Assembly (NCBI GenBank): GCA_034933245.1
Contig: JAYFNX010000004.1
Span: 9,684 to 73,683 of the forward strand
Direction of reading: 5' to 3'
Source of the DNA: Candidatus Pelethousia sp.
GTDB taxonomy: Bacteria; Bacillota; Clostridia; Christensenellales; CAG-138
DNA length: 64,000 bases
The notes below the pieces were generated by a model. The model did not search any database, was not told the DNA's origin, and saw only the letters and a program-made list of their open reading frames with translations. Positions 1 through 9,755 of the stretch are shown here, in pieces (position 1 is the stretch's first letter; every line of letters begins with the position of its first letter). The position numbers were made by a program, and so were the translations under genes.

Positions 1-1
1 T

Positions 2-658
2 GCGGGCGTAGATGGCAACGGGCAAAGGGAACTTTGCGAGGTAATCACCGGCCTTCGGAGCAGCACCGGCGGCAGGATGGTCCTTAAAGGGGAGGACGTA
101 AGCAATCGACAGCCCGCCTTCTACATAGACAAGCACATTTGCTACATTCCCGAAGACAGGCATACCACCGGGCTGGCTCTCAACTGGAGCTTAAAGAACA
201 ACCTCATACTGAAAAACCTCGGCAAGGCGCCGGTGACAAAACATCACCTCATACAGAGCAAAGTGGTGGAGCAGAACTGGACGGAGGCCCAGCAGGAATA
301 CCAAATCAAGGCAACCGGCGGTGAAGAAAAGGCAAGGTCACTCTCAGGCGGCAACCAGCAGAAGGTTATACTGGCCCGTGAACTCAACAACGAACCGCAG
401 GTGCTCATTGCCAGCCAGCCCACCAGGGGTCTAGACGTGGGAGCGGCTGAATACGTCCGTAAAAAAATCATCGAAACGAGGAACGCGGGAACGGCCTGTC
501 TTGTGGTCTCCGCCGATTTGGAGGAGATCATGCAGCTTTCCGACCGAATAGCGGTTATATACGGCGGTGAGCTCATGGGCGTGCTGCCTCGGGGCTCCGA
601 CCCTCTGACCGTGGGAAGCCTTATGATGGGCAAGAGATTGGAGGCAAGCGAAGCGTGA
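2..658 (+). CDS. Nucleoside/sugar ABC transporter ATP-binding protein (5'-truncated by window edge)
   Basis: Frame open from base 2 (AGVDGNGQRELCE...). Contains LSGGNQQK signature, SQPTRGLDVGA, and second-half CUT2-type ATPase motifs. Followed by two permeases. Confidence 0.9.
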   Translation, partial: AGVDGNGQRELCEVITGLRSSTGGRMVLKGEDVSNRQPAFYIDKHICYIPEDRHTTGLALNWSLKNNLILKNLGKAPVTKHHLIQSKVVEQNWTEAQQEYQIKATGGEEKARSLSGGNQQKVILARELNNEPQVLIASQPTRGLDVGAAEYVRKKIIETRNAGTACLVVSADLEEIMQLSDRIAVIYGGELMGVLPRGSDPLTVGSLMMGKRLEASEA

Positions 659-1731
659 AAAGCAATGTACGCAATGCAGTAAAAGAAGTGTTGGGCACGA
701 TATTGATGGTTATCGTCGCCCTGCTCATAGGCGCAATACTCGTGGTCCTTTCTGAAAACAGCCCGGCTGAGGCCTATACGATGATGCTCAAGGGCGCTTT
801 CGGCGGCCCGCAGAAGATAAACGAGCTGTTCGTGAAGCTCATCCCCACCCTCATCATGTCGCTTGGCGTTTCCATCGCCTACAGGGCACAGCTTTGGAAT
901 ATCGGCGCGGAAGGCCAGTTCATCATGGGTTCCATCGCCTCCATGGTGGTGGCGTTGTATATACCCTTACCCATTCCTTTGCGGATTGTGGTTTCCTTGC
1001 TGGTAGCCGTATTGGCAGGCGGCGGCTGGGCAGCGGTGGCAGGCTGGCTTAGGTCCCGTTTTAACGCGAACGAGGTCATCACTACCCTGATGCTCAACTA
1101 TATAGCAAGTTATCTGCTTCTATACCTCATCAACGGTCCCATGCAGGACCCCAGCAGCGACCTTTCTCAGACGGCGCTTGTGCCTGACGCAATGCGGTTG
1201 ACCCAGCTTTTTGGTACGTATCGCCTGCATACCGGCATATTCATCCTCATCGGCGTTGTGATATTTATGATTTTCTTCTGGAAAACAACATTGGGCTACC
1301 GGATTGACCTGACAGGCCAGGGAGAAAAAGTGGCTACCTACGCAGGCATCAACGTCAAGCGCACGGTTGTCATCACGATGTTCCTCTCCGGCGCGTTCTG
1401 TGGTCTTGCAGGCTGGATAGAAACCTTCGGTATCAACTATCGCCTTCTCGACGGCATCGCAGGCGAAGCGGGCAATATTGCCACGATCGTCGCGCTGCTG
1501 GGTTCGCTGAATGTTTATGGAATCATGGCGGCGGCAGGTTTCTTTTCCATACTCCTCTGCGGTGGCGCAAGCATGCAGCGCATGACGGAGGTGCCCTACT
1601 CCGTGGTGGATGTCATACAGGGCCTCATCATTGTATTCGTAATCGCCAAGAACACGGTTTTCGAGCGAATAACCCAAGCTTTTACCTGCAAGCGACCAGC
1701 CGTCAGGAAGGAGAAACGCGATGCTAAATGA
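655..1731 (+). CDS. Nucleoside ABC transporter permease
   Basis: Hydrophobic, with WNIGAEGQ and NEVITTLMLNY motifs of BPD_transp_2 nucleoside permeases. GTGA overlap with the ATPase stop. Confidence 0.9.
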   Translation: MKSNVRNAVKEVLGTILMVIVALLIGAILVVLSENSPAEAYTMMLKGAFGGPQKINELFVKLIPTLIMSLGVSIAYRAQLWNIGAEGQFIMGSIASMVVALYIPLPIPLRIVVSLLVAVLAGGGWAAVAGWLRSRFNANEVITTLMLNYIASYLLLYLINGPMQDPSSDLSQTALVPDAMRLTQLFGTYRLHTGIFILIGVVIFMIFFWKTTLGYRIDLTGQGEKVATYAGINVKRTVVITMFLSGAFCGLAGWIETFGINYRLLDGIAGEAGNIATIVALLGSLNVYGIMAAAGFFSILLCGGASMQRMTEVPYSVVDVIQGLIIVFVIAKNTVFERITQAFTCKRPAVRKEKRDAK

Positions 1732-2665
1732 AATCTGTTCCGCAGGCTTTCTTGTGAGCCTTCTTGCAGGCACTATCCGCCTTGCAACACCAATACTGAT
1801 GGCCGCGCTGGGGCAGATATATACCCAGAGGGCAGGCATATTGAACCTTGGCGTTGAGGGCACCATGCTCATGGCTGCGGTGTGCGGATTCTCAGCGGCC
1901 GCGGCAACAGGAAATTTGTGGCTGGGCCTCCTTGTGGGCATAGCGATGGGTGCGGTGTTCAGCCTGCTAATGGCGTGGCTCAGTGTCTCCCTGAAAGCCA
2001 ATCAGGTCATCGCCGGTATCGGCATGAATATACTGGCCTCCGGCCTTGCGGCATATATATATCGCCTCTTATTCGGCATACGTACCCTGCCTGCAAAGAT
2101 AACCTCTTTTCAAGCAATCCATATCCCGGTGCTGTCCGATATCCCCTATTTGGGCACGGTATTTTTCCAGCATAATATCCTCTTATATTTCGCCTTCCTC
2201 CTTGTGCCTATCACTTGGCTCATACTGGAAAAGACCACATTCGGCCTCAAGATTAAGGCCGTGGGCGAGCACCCCAGGGCGGCGGATTCCAAGGGTGTAA
2301 GCGTGAAAGGGATTCGCTATGCGGCCATAATTATCGGCGGCGCATATGCGGGCGCAGGTGGCGCGTTCATGACCATAGCCTACCTAAATATGTTTACCGA
2401 GTCCGTAATAGGCGGCTTTGGCTACATCGCTGTCTCCGTAGTCATATTCGCCCGGTTCCAGCCTGTAAAGGCCATGTGGGGCGCGCTGCTGTTCGGTTTC
2501 GCATCGGCGTTGCAAGTTCGGCTACAAGCCCTTGGCTCCGGCATCCCCAGCCAGCTGCTGCTGATGCTGCCCTATCTCATGACTATCTCTGCGCTGATAT
2601 TCGCATCCAAAAAGGCCGAATTCCCCAGCGCATACACCATCCCCTATTCCAGAATGGAACGATAG
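1721..2665 (+). CDS. Nucleoside ABC transporter permease
   Basis: GILNLGVEG, ANQVIAG, AVGEHPRAADSKG and MLPY motifs typical of the second permease. Confidence 0.9.
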   Translation: MLNEICSAGFLVSLLAGTIRLATPILMAALGQIYTQRAGILNLGVEGTMLMAAVCGFSAAAATGNLWLGLLVGIAMGAVFSLLMAWLSVSLKANQVIAGIGMNILASGLAAYIYRLLFGIRTLPAKITSFQAIHIPVLSDIPYLGTVFFQHNILLYFAFLLVPITWLILEKTTFGLKIKAVGEHPRAADSKGVSVKGIRYAAIIIGGAYAGAGGAFMTIAYLNMFTESVIGGFGYIAVSVVIFARFQPVKAMWGALLFGFASALQVRLQALGSGIPSQLLLMLPYLMTISALIFASKKAEFPSAYTIPYSRMER

Positions 2666-2667
2666 AA

Positions 2668-3180
2668 ATGAAACGAGTTGCTGTTTATTTCGTGTTCCTG
2701 GCCATGCTGCTTTGCGGCTGCAAAAGCACGGTTCCCAACAACACCTACGATCATGCGCTGGAACGGGCCGAGGCATATGCAGATGCCGTAAACTACGATT
2801 ATGAATCGCCGGAAAGGATATACGCCTTTCTCACAATGGGTATTAGAGAACAAATATCCGAGGAGGATTTTTGTGCTGCTTTTGAAAAAGAGCGCAGCTA
2901 TCCCTATATCACTCCCCTGTATATCTTCTATCCGGAGCTGACCATTTCGCAGGATGGCATGGAGGCGGAGGCCGTGTTCAAGCAGGCCGCACGAATCATC
3001 GGCATGGAATACACGGTACGCCTTGTATACGAGAACGGCGACTACTACGTGAAGGACTGGCAGCAGTTTATAGACGGCAGCTACCTTGATAAATTTGAGG
3101 ATATCCCATACGAGCTGGATTGGTACTACGATCTTGAAGAGTTAGAAAAAAAGGAGGCGAATCCAATTGGGCGTCGGTAA
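2668..3180 (+). CDS. Putative lipoprotein of unknown function
   Basis: ATG at 2668, 2 nt after the permease stop. Signal peptide MKRVAVYFVFLAMLLCGC with lipobox-like LCGC. Its end overlaps the xdhA start. Confidence 0.75.
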   Translation: MKRVAVYFVFLAMLLCGCKSTVPNNTYDHALERAEAYADAVNYDYESPERIYAFLTMGIREQISEEDFCAAFEKERSYPYITPLYIFYPELTISQDGMEAEAVFKQAARIIGMEYTVRLVYENGDYYVKDWQQFIDGSYLDKFEDIPYELDWYYDLEELEKKEANPIGRR

Positions 3181-5518
3181 GAGTGTAAAACGACTGGATG
3201 CGATACAGAAAGTCAACGGCACCGCAAAATACATGGAAGACCTTATCCCCATTGGGGCACTTTATACAAAAGTTGTTCACAGTACTATCGCCAACGGCGT
3301 AGTGAAGAACATAGATACCACCGAGGCAGAGAAAATGCCCGGTGTGGAGCTGGTATTGACCTGCTTCGATGTGCCGGATCATGAATACGCTACCGCCGGC
3401 CATCCGCTATCCCTTGATCCTTCTCATGCGGATACCAAGGATACGCTTATACTTGCAAAGCGCGTCCGCTATCACGGCGACAATGTGGCTGCGGTGGTGG
3501 CGGATACGGCCCTCCATGCCCAGCTTGCAGCGGAAAAGGTAAAGGTGGAGTATGAGGAATATGCGCCCATGCTGACCCCGGGTACTTCCATAGGCTCCGG
3601 CTGCACGCTGCATGATTTTCGTCCCACCAATGAGCTGGCCCGCATGGACTTCACCATCTCCCCGGAAGGAAACGTATCCTGGTATACCGGCAAATTCTCG
3701 GAGGATGAAAGGATAGCGGGAAGGAATGACCTCGTAGGCGAACGCTTCAAGGTGCCCCCCGTAAATGCCTGCCATCTCGAAAACAATGGCTGCTTTGCCT
3801 ATATGGAAGGCAGAAAAATGGTGGTCTGTTCCTGCAACCAGGTGCCCCATACCCTCCGCCGCAACATTGCTGAGGCCATAGACCTGCCTGTTGGCGATGT
3901 TAAGGTTGTGAAGCCCTTCCTGGGCGGCGGCTTCGGCAATAAGCAGGATACCATGTTCGAGCCTCTGGTAGCCCTTGCGTCTTTGCGCCTTGGTGGCCGC
4001 TGCGTGGCAATCGTCCTCTCCCGGGAGGAGACCTTCGTAAATACCCGTACCCGCCACAGCTTTGAAATGGTGAGCGCCCTCAAGGTGGACGACGAGGGCA
4101 ACATGACCAAACGCGGCATACGGATCAACTCCAACGGCGGCGCGTATGCAGCTCATACACACGCAGTGGCAGCCTATGCTGTTACCAGTAACTTCCAAAC
4201 CTATAAAACCACCGATGTGCAAATTGGGGAATCCTCCACCGCATATACCAACTTGCCATCTGCCGCCGCAATGCGCGCCTACGGTATACCCCAGTTGAAC
4301 TTCGCTATGGAATCACAGGTGGAGGATACCGCCAGGGCGCACGGCTGGGATCCCTTGGAATTCCGCTTGAAGAACATCAACACGGAGGGCTTCGAAGATC
4401 CCTTCGATAAATTCGTGGTTCGGAGCTGCGGATTGGCTGAATGCGTAAAGCGGGGCAGGGAAATGTCCGGTTGGAATCGCAAGCGCAAGGAATACGATGC
4501 GTTCAACAAGACCTCCGAGGATGTAAAAAAGGGGATAGGCATGGCGCTTTTCTCCTATAAGATAGGCGTGTATCCATTGCAGCTTGAAAGCGGCGCCTGC
4601 CGCATCATCATGAACGAGGACGGCAGCGCCCAAATACAGGTAGGCGCAACGGAGCTCGGCCAAGGCTCGGATACGGTATTCAGCCAAATCGCCTCCGAGG
4701 TGCTGACCATACCCGAAAGCAAACTGACCGTTATATCCACACAGGATACGGACGTCACCCCCTATGATAACGGTGCATATGCTTCCCGCCAGACCTATAT
4801 TTCCGGCAATGGCGTAAAGCAGGCGGCGGAGCTGATACGGGAGAAGTTGCTGCGACATACGGCCGACGTATATGGCCTGCACGTCGAAGACTTAGCCATC
4901 GAAAAAGAAGCCGTCGTGAAACGGGAAAACGGCGAACGGATTTGCACCATTGCCGAGATCTGCACCCACATGAACTTCGTTAACGATCAAAAGACCGCTA
5001 CCGATCATATAACGGCTGAACATACTTATACCGCCAAGAACATATGCATGGCCTTCGGCGTGAGCTTTATAGACCTTGAGGTGGACGTGCCGGTGGGCAA
5101 GGTGCGCATAAAGAAAGTCTATGCAGTCCAAGACAGCGGCCATATACTGAATCCTCAGCTGGCAGCGGGTCAGGTGCATGGCGGCGTGGCCATGGGCATC
5201 GGGTATGCTCTGGGCGAACAGATGCTATTTGACCCCAAAACCGGCAAGCCCTTGAACAACAACTTCCTGGATTACAAGATACCCACCTGCATGGACATCC
5301 CTGACATCGAGGTGGAATTCGTGGAGACCTATGAGCCGTCGGGCCCGTTTGGTGCAAAGGGCCTCGCGGAGCCTCCCACCATACCGCAGGCTGCGGCTGT
5401 GCGCAACGCCATATTGCATGCTACCGGTGTGGGCGCCCACGCTCTGCCAATGAACCCCCAGAACCTGGTCCATGCCTTCATAAATGCCGGACTTATTGAA
5501 AAACAAGTAGGAGAATGA
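3167..5518 (+). CDS. xdhA: Xanthine dehydrogenase molybdopterin-binding subunit
   Basis: TTG start after GGAGG. GGGFGNKQ, MRAYGIPQ, TELGQG, YASRQT and GAKGLAEPP motifs. Confidence 0.92.
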   Translation: MGVGKSVKRLDAIQKVNGTAKYMEDLIPIGALYTKVVHSTIANGVVKNIDTTEAEKMPGVELVLTCFDVPDHEYATAGHPLSLDPSHADTKDTLILAKRVRYHGDNVAAVVADTALHAQLAAEKVKVEYEEYAPMLTPGTSIGSGCTLHDFRPTNELARMDFTISPEGNVSWYTGKFSEDERIAGRNDLVGERFKVPPVNACHLENNGCFAYMEGRKMVVCSCNQVPHTLRRNIAEAIDLPVGDVKVVKPFLGGGFGNKQDTMFEPLVALASLRLGGRCVAIVLSREETFVNTRTRHSFEMVSALKVDDEGNMTKRGIRINSNGGAYAAHTHAVAAYAVTSNFQTYKTTDVQIGESSTAYTNLPSAAAMRAYGIPQLNFAMESQVEDTARAHGWDPLEFRLKNINTEGFEDPFDKFVVRSCGLAECVKRGREMSGWNRKRKEYDAFNKTSEDVKKGIGMALFSYKIGVYPLQLESGACRIIMNEDGSAQIQVGATELGQGSDTVFSQIASEVLTIPESKLTVISTQDTDVTPYDNGAYASRQTYISGNGVKQAAELIREKLLRHTADVYGLHVEDLAIEKEAVVKRENGERICTIAEICTHMNFVNDQKTATDHITAEHTYTAKNICMAFGVSFIDLEVDVPVGKVRIKKVYAVQDSGHILNPQLAAGQVHGGVAMGIGYALGEQMLFDPKTGKPLNNNFLDYKIPTCMDIPDIEVEFVETYEPSGPFGAKGLAEPPTIPQAAAVRNAILHATGVGAHALPMNPQNLVHAFINAGLIEKQVGE

Positions 5519-5522
5519 AGCT

Positions 5523-6407
5523 ATGTACGATGTTTGTGAAACCTTCAGTGCAAAGACGGTTTTGGAAGCGCTCACGCTGCAGCGAGAGCACCACGGCGCC
5601 GTCATAGTCGCTGGCGGCACGGATGTGATGATACGCATGAAAGAGCGCAAGCTCACCGAGGCAACGCTCATCTCCATAATGGAGGTGGAGGAGCTTAAAT
5701 TTATCTGCCTCGATGGCAACGGCAACCTGCTCATCGGCCCCGGTGTCTGCTTTGATCATATTTATAACAGTGACCTTGTGCGCAGATGTACCCCTATGCT
5801 GGCATATGCGTGCAACGAGGTCGGCAGCCCCCAGATACGACATGTTGCCACCATCGGCGGTAACCTTTGCAACGGTGCAGTCAGCGCAGACAGCGTCCCC
5901 TCGCTGCTCGCCTTGGGTGCAGAACTGACCCTTACAAGCCTCCTTGGCGAACGCACGGTTCCCGCAATTGCGTTCCATACCGGCCCCGGCAAGACGGTGC
6001 TGGATAGGGATCGGGAGATACTCACATGCATCCGTATCCCCAAAGCAAACTTCGAAGGCCACGGTGGCAAGTACCTTAAATTCGGTCAGCGAAACGCTAT
6101 GGAAATTTCCACCCTGGGCTGCGCAGTGAACTGCAAACTGGATGCAGACGGGACAATATCGGATTTCGCAATCGCATTCGGCGTAGCGGCACCCAAGCCC
6201 GTCCGCTGCCCCAAGGCTGAGGCAGGAATGATCGGGAAAATACCCACGGAAGCACTCCTCTCGGAACTCAAACAAGCCGTACTTACTGAGACCAGCCCGC
6301 GCGATAGCTGGCGTGCTTCAAAAGAGCTTCGGGTGCAGCTCATCAAGGAGCTTGCGGCCCGTGCGGCGGCCGCCGCCATAATAGAAGCAGGAGGAAAGCT
6401 ACAATGA
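5523..6407 (+). CDS. xdhB: Xanthine dehydrogenase FAD-binding subunit
   Basis: AGGTD, GSPQIRHVATIGGNLCNG, SAD and RDSWRAS motifs. Confidence 0.92.
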   Translation: MYDVCETFSAKTVLEALTLQREHHGAVIVAGGTDVMIRMKERKLTEATLISIMEVEELKFICLDGNGNLLIGPGVCFDHIYNSDLVRRCTPMLAYACNEVGSPQIRHVATIGGNLCNGAVSADSVPSLLALGAELTLTSLLGERTVPAIAFHTGPGKTVLDRDREILTCIRIPKANFEGHGGKYLKFGQRNAMEISTLGCAVNCKLDADGTISDFAIAFGVAAPKPVRCPKAEAGMIGKIPTEALLSELKQAVLTETSPRDSWRASKELRVQLIKELAARAAAAAIIEAGGKLQ

Positions 6408-6877
6408 TAAAAGTTATCCATATGAACATCAACGGCAAGCCCACAGAGGTTGCCGTGGATGAAAAGGAAAGCCTGACCGACACCCTGCGCCAGAGGCTGG
6501 GCCTTACCAGCGTGAAGAAGGGCTGCGAAGCCGGGGAATGCGGGGCATGCACGGTTCTTATCGACGGCGTCGCAAAAAACAGCTGCATCTATCTCGCCGT
6601 ATGGGCAGACGGTCACGATATCATAACCGTGGAGGGCATCCGCGGAAAAAACAATCTGCTCCATCCCGTTCAGCAGGCCTTCGTGGATGAGGCCGCCATA
6701 CAGTGCGGTTTCTGCACACCGGGCTTGGTGCTCACCGGCGTTGAACTTGTGAATAGCGGCCGCAAATACACGCGAGAAGAGCTTCGGGAACGAATCTCCG
6801 GCCATCTCTGCCGCTGTACCGGCTATGAAAACATATTGAATGCCCTGGAAAAGGTTGTAGGCGTAAACAGCAAATAA
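6404..6877 (+). CDS. xdhC: Xanthine dehydrogenase 2Fe-2S subunit
   Basis: GCEAGECGACTV, QCGFCTPG and LCRCTGY motifs. ATGA overlap with xdhB. Confidence 0.93.
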   Translation: MIKVIHMNINGKPTEVAVDEKESLTDTLRQRLGLTSVKKGCEAGECGACTVLIDGVAKNSCIYLAVWADGHDIITVEGIRGKNNLLHPVQQAFVDEAAIQCGFCTPGLVLTGVELVNSGRKYTREELRERISGHLCRCTGYENILNALEKVVGVNSK

Positions 6878-6928
6878 AACACACGATCCGGGCGGGCTTC
6901 TGCCCAGATATTAAAAAGGAAAAAAGCC

Positions 6929-7411
6929 ATGCAAGATGCTACATATTATCTCACAGAAGCCAACGAAGAAGCCAAGAAGGCACGCGCTATGGGCAATACT
7001 CCCTTCGGCGCGGTATTGGTGGATGCAGAGGGCGAAATAGTGCTGCGCCAGGGCAACGCGGAGCACGACCTCCACGATGCTACCGCGCACGCGGAATTTA
7101 CCCTCGCTTCGAGAGCCAGCCGCAAATATGATAAAGAATATCTCTGGGGCTGTACACTTTATACCACCTGCGAGCCCTGCCCCATGTGTACCGGCGGCAT
7201 ATACTGGGCCAATATCGGCAGGATAGTTTACGGCATATCGGAAGGCCGCCTGCTGGAACTGACCGGTGCTGACGACAAGAACCCCACCTTCAGCATGGGC
7301 GCAGATAAGGTCATCGCTGCTGGGCAAAAGAAGATAGTTTTGGAAGGCCCTGTGCCTGAGGTTGAGGCAGAGGTGGTGGAAGTTCATAAGGGCTTCTGGA
7401 ACAAGAAATAA
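6929..7411 (+). CDS. Nucleoside deaminase (CDA superfamily, probable guanine deaminase)
   Basis: PFGA, TAHAE and EPCPMC zinc motifs, plus YWANI. Purine-catabolism context. Confidence 0.85.
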   Translation: MQDATYYLTEANEEAKKARAMGNTPFGAVLVDAEGEIVLRQGNAEHDLHDATAHAEFTLASRASRKYDKEYLWGCTLYTTCEPCPMCTGGIYWANIGRIVYGISEGRLLELTGADDKNPTFSMGADKVIAAGQKKIVLEGPVPEVEAEVVEVHKGFWNKK

Positions 7412-7422
7412 AGGAGACAGGC

Positions 7423-9189
7423 ATGCGCACATTTGAAGAGATCAAAAATACGGTGCAGACCGGCCTCGGCATGTATCCCTGCGATCTGAAACTGACGAAC
7501 CTGAAGCTGGTAAACGTGTTTTCGGGCGAAATATATCCCACGGAAATCTACATCAAAAACGGCCGTGTGGTCTCCATAGCCCCGGGGACGAACCTCCAAA
7601 CCAAGGAGAGCTACGACTGCGGCGGTGCATACGCCGTGCCGGGCCTCATAGATTCCCATATGCACTTCGAATCTACCATGCTTTCGCCTGAGGCTCTGTC
7701 CTCGGTGGTAGTTCCCCAGGGTACCACCACCCTCTGCGCGGACCTTATGGAGATAGCCAACGTGGCAGGGGAAGAGGGTTTGCGCGAGATGCTCAATTCC
7801 ATAGATAGGCTGCCTTACCGCATGCTCATAGAGGTATCCTCTCGTGTCCCCACCGCGCCCGGCCTGGAGACCAACGGTGCAACCTTAGGTGCCGATCAGG
7901 TCGCGGAGATCATGAAGTGGGGGGAATCGGTGAGTCTGGGCGAGCTTGACCCTTCGAAGATCCTGATGGTGAAGGATGAATATCTGCATAAAGTGGCAGA
8001 TACCCTCGCCATGCGCAAGATTGTCAACGGCCATGCCATAGGCCGCCTGGGTCAAGAGCTGAACGTATACGCTAGCAGTGGTATTTCAGACGACCATGAA
8101 TGCGTCACTAAGGAGGAGCTGCTCTCCCGGCTGCAGGTGGGCATGCGTGTGCTTATCCGTGAGGGCAGCACTGAACGCAATGTGGACGCGCTCATAAAGG
8201 CGGTACTGGAGCTTGGCTGCGGCAGCGAAAACCTTTGCTTCTGCACCGACGACAAGCACGCGGGCGAGATCATGGAAGAAGGGCATATCAACTACAACGT
8301 ACGCAGGAGCATAGAGCTTGGTATGCCGCCCATGCAGGCCATACAGATAGCCACCATCAACGCTGCCCGCCATTTCCGCATGGAGGACGAAATAGGCTCC
8401 ATAACCCCGGGCCGTCTTGCGGATATACTGCTGGTGGATGATATTGAGAAGATGGAACCCAAGGCAGTGTTCTATGAGGGCCGGCTGGTTGCCAAGAATA
8501 AGCAGCTCCTTGAAGAATGTAAGGTATCGGAATATTCCGGCTGGATAAAGGATACCGTGCACCTCCTGCGACCCATCACGAAAGAGTCCTTCGCCTGCCC
8601 CGCTAAGCGGCGGGAATCCTCTGCAAAGGTGCGGGTGATAGAGCTCATCGGCCTTCAGATCATCAACAAGCTGCTGGAATGGACGCTGCCCGTAGAGCAG
8701 GGGCAGATACAGCGGGACATGGCGCATGACATACTGAAGCTGGCTGTGGTGGAGCGCTATGGCAAGACCGGCGGTGTAGGTGTGGGGTTTGTGAAGGGCT
8801 TTATGCTCAAGAAGGGCGCCCTGGCATACTCCATGAGCCACGATCACCACAATATAGTCGTTGTGGGGGAGAACGACGCCGATATGGCGGCCGCCGTAAA
8901 CGAGGTGGCTCGGCTCCACGGTGGACTTGCTGTGGCTTGCGGCGGCAAGGTGACTGCCTCCCTGTGCCTGCCCATAGGCGGCCTTATGAGCGAGTTCCCG
9001 GCTCACGAGGTGATGGCGCATCTCGATAAGATGAACGCCGCCGCAAAGGCTCTCGGCTGTGAGATGCCTGCGCCCTTCATGACCCTGAGCTTCATCTCCC
9101 TGCCCACTGTGCCTGAACTGGGTCTGACGGATATGGGCCTTGTGGATGTGCTGGCCCACAAGCTTATCGATGTGGAGATGGACGAATAA
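7423..9189 (+). CDS. ade: Adenine deaminase
   Basis: DSHMHFES, DDHE, IREGS, CTDDKH, HDHHN and LSFISLP motifs; 588 aa. Confidence 0.9.
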   Translation: MRTFEEIKNTVQTGLGMYPCDLKLTNLKLVNVFSGEIYPTEIYIKNGRVVSIAPGTNLQTKESYDCGGAYAVPGLIDSHMHFESTMLSPEALSSVVVPQGTTTLCADLMEIANVAGEEGLREMLNSIDRLPYRMLIEVSSRVPTAPGLETNGATLGADQVAEIMKWGESVSLGELDPSKILMVKDEYLHKVADTLAMRKIVNGHAIGRLGQELNVYASSGISDDHECVTKEELLSRLQVGMRVLIREGSTERNVDALIKAVLELGCGSENLCFCTDDKHAGEIMEEGHINYNVRRSIELGMPPMQAIQIATINAARHFRMEDEIGSITPGRLADILLVDDIEKMEPKAVFYEGRLVAKNKQLLEECKVSEYSGWIKDTVHLLRPITKESFACPAKRRESSAKVRVIELIGLQIINKLLEWTLPVEQGQIQRDMAHDILKLAVVERYGKTGGVGVGFVKGFMLKKGALAYSMSHDHHNIVVVGENDADMAAAVNEVARLHGGLAVACGGKVTASLCLPIGGLMSEFPAHEVMAHLDKMNAAAKALGCEMPAPFMTLSFISLPTVPELGLTDMGLVDVLAHKLIDVEMDE

Positions 9190-9310
9190 TCGTGCTGCCG
9201 GAAGACGAGGGAAGAGCAGGGCAGATTCTTGAACAGGCAACCTTGAATCAAACAGAAATCATAAGGTATGTGCTTGCTTGAATTCAACCGGGCGCTTACC
9301 TGCACTTGTA

Positions 9311-9372
9311 TCCCCTGCAAAGGGAGTAGGCTGGGCTGACTGCCGCGAGGGTTTGCATCCCTCCTTCTCCGC
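9311..9372 (+). pseudogene. Degenerate 3' fragment of tRNA-Ser(GCT), probable att-site remnant
   Basis: TCCC-CTGCAAA-GGGA anticodon arm, long variable arm, GAGGG-TTTGCAT-CCCTC T arm and CTTCTCCGC acceptor strand resemble Firmicute tRNA-Ser(GCT) as recalled. No D arm or 5' acceptor strand upstream, and the T loop is mutated. Confidence 0.75.
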
Positions 9373-9410
9373 AAAAACCCGCAGAACACTTAGTGTTTTG
9401 CGGGTTTTTT
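9373..9410 (+). terminator. Bidirectional intrinsic terminator
   Basis: AAAAACCCGCAGAACACT-T-AGTGTTTTGCGGGTTTTTT hairpin with flanking A and T tracts. Confidence 0.8.
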
Positions 9411-9474
9411 CTGACTCCGGGTTTTTGCGTTTTTCAGCCCAAACATCGAAAAATATCAACTTATAAGGCACAAT

Positions 9475-9725
9475 TTAAGGGACCGATTGGGACAGCTTGA
9501 CCAGCCTGTTTACGGCACTGATTCCATCGTCAATATTCATATGGGTATCCCTTTGGGTGGTCTTTATATCGGCGTGGTGCGCGCCTTTTGCACAACAAAA
9601 GGGGGAGCGTCATTGCGGGATAAGCGTGTAATAAACGTATGGCGGCAGCAATGCGGATTTAGAGGCTGTATACCCGTGCGCTCACAGGTGGCATAATGCG
9701 TGTTAGAAAAGTTATCCTCGTTCAT
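9475..9725 (-). pseudogene. Tyrosine recombinase/integrase C-terminal remnant
   Basis: Manual minus-strand translation gives ...QPLNPHCCRHTFITRLSRNDAPPFVVQK, then a frameshift near 9580, then HADIKTTQRDTHMNIDDGISAVNRL...stop. HxxR box present; the catalytic Tyr position reads Asp. Confidence 0.8.
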
Positions 9726-9755
9726 GCAAGACAGAAGAAACAGCTGGATAATCTG

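Noticed and set aside
5516..6407. Selenocysteine readthrough at the TGA stops of xdhA and xdhB
   Set aside because: Both proteins are full length and the next gene starts immediately. No in-frame internal TGA is needed.
8086..9240. 384-aa minus-strand ORF and similar long antisense ORFs (1120-2001, 3407-4222, 49558-50454, 51166-52047)
   Set aside because: Shadow frames of well-supported plus-strand genes, expected with this codon bias.
9260..9372. Intact tRNA-Cys(GCA) or tRNA-Sec
   Set aside because: No D arm or 5' acceptor strand, the T loop is mutated, and the body matches tRNA-Ser(GCT). GCA is best read as a decay mutation.
9487..9696. 69-aa plus-strand ORF
   Set aside because: Antisense shadow of the integrase remnant.
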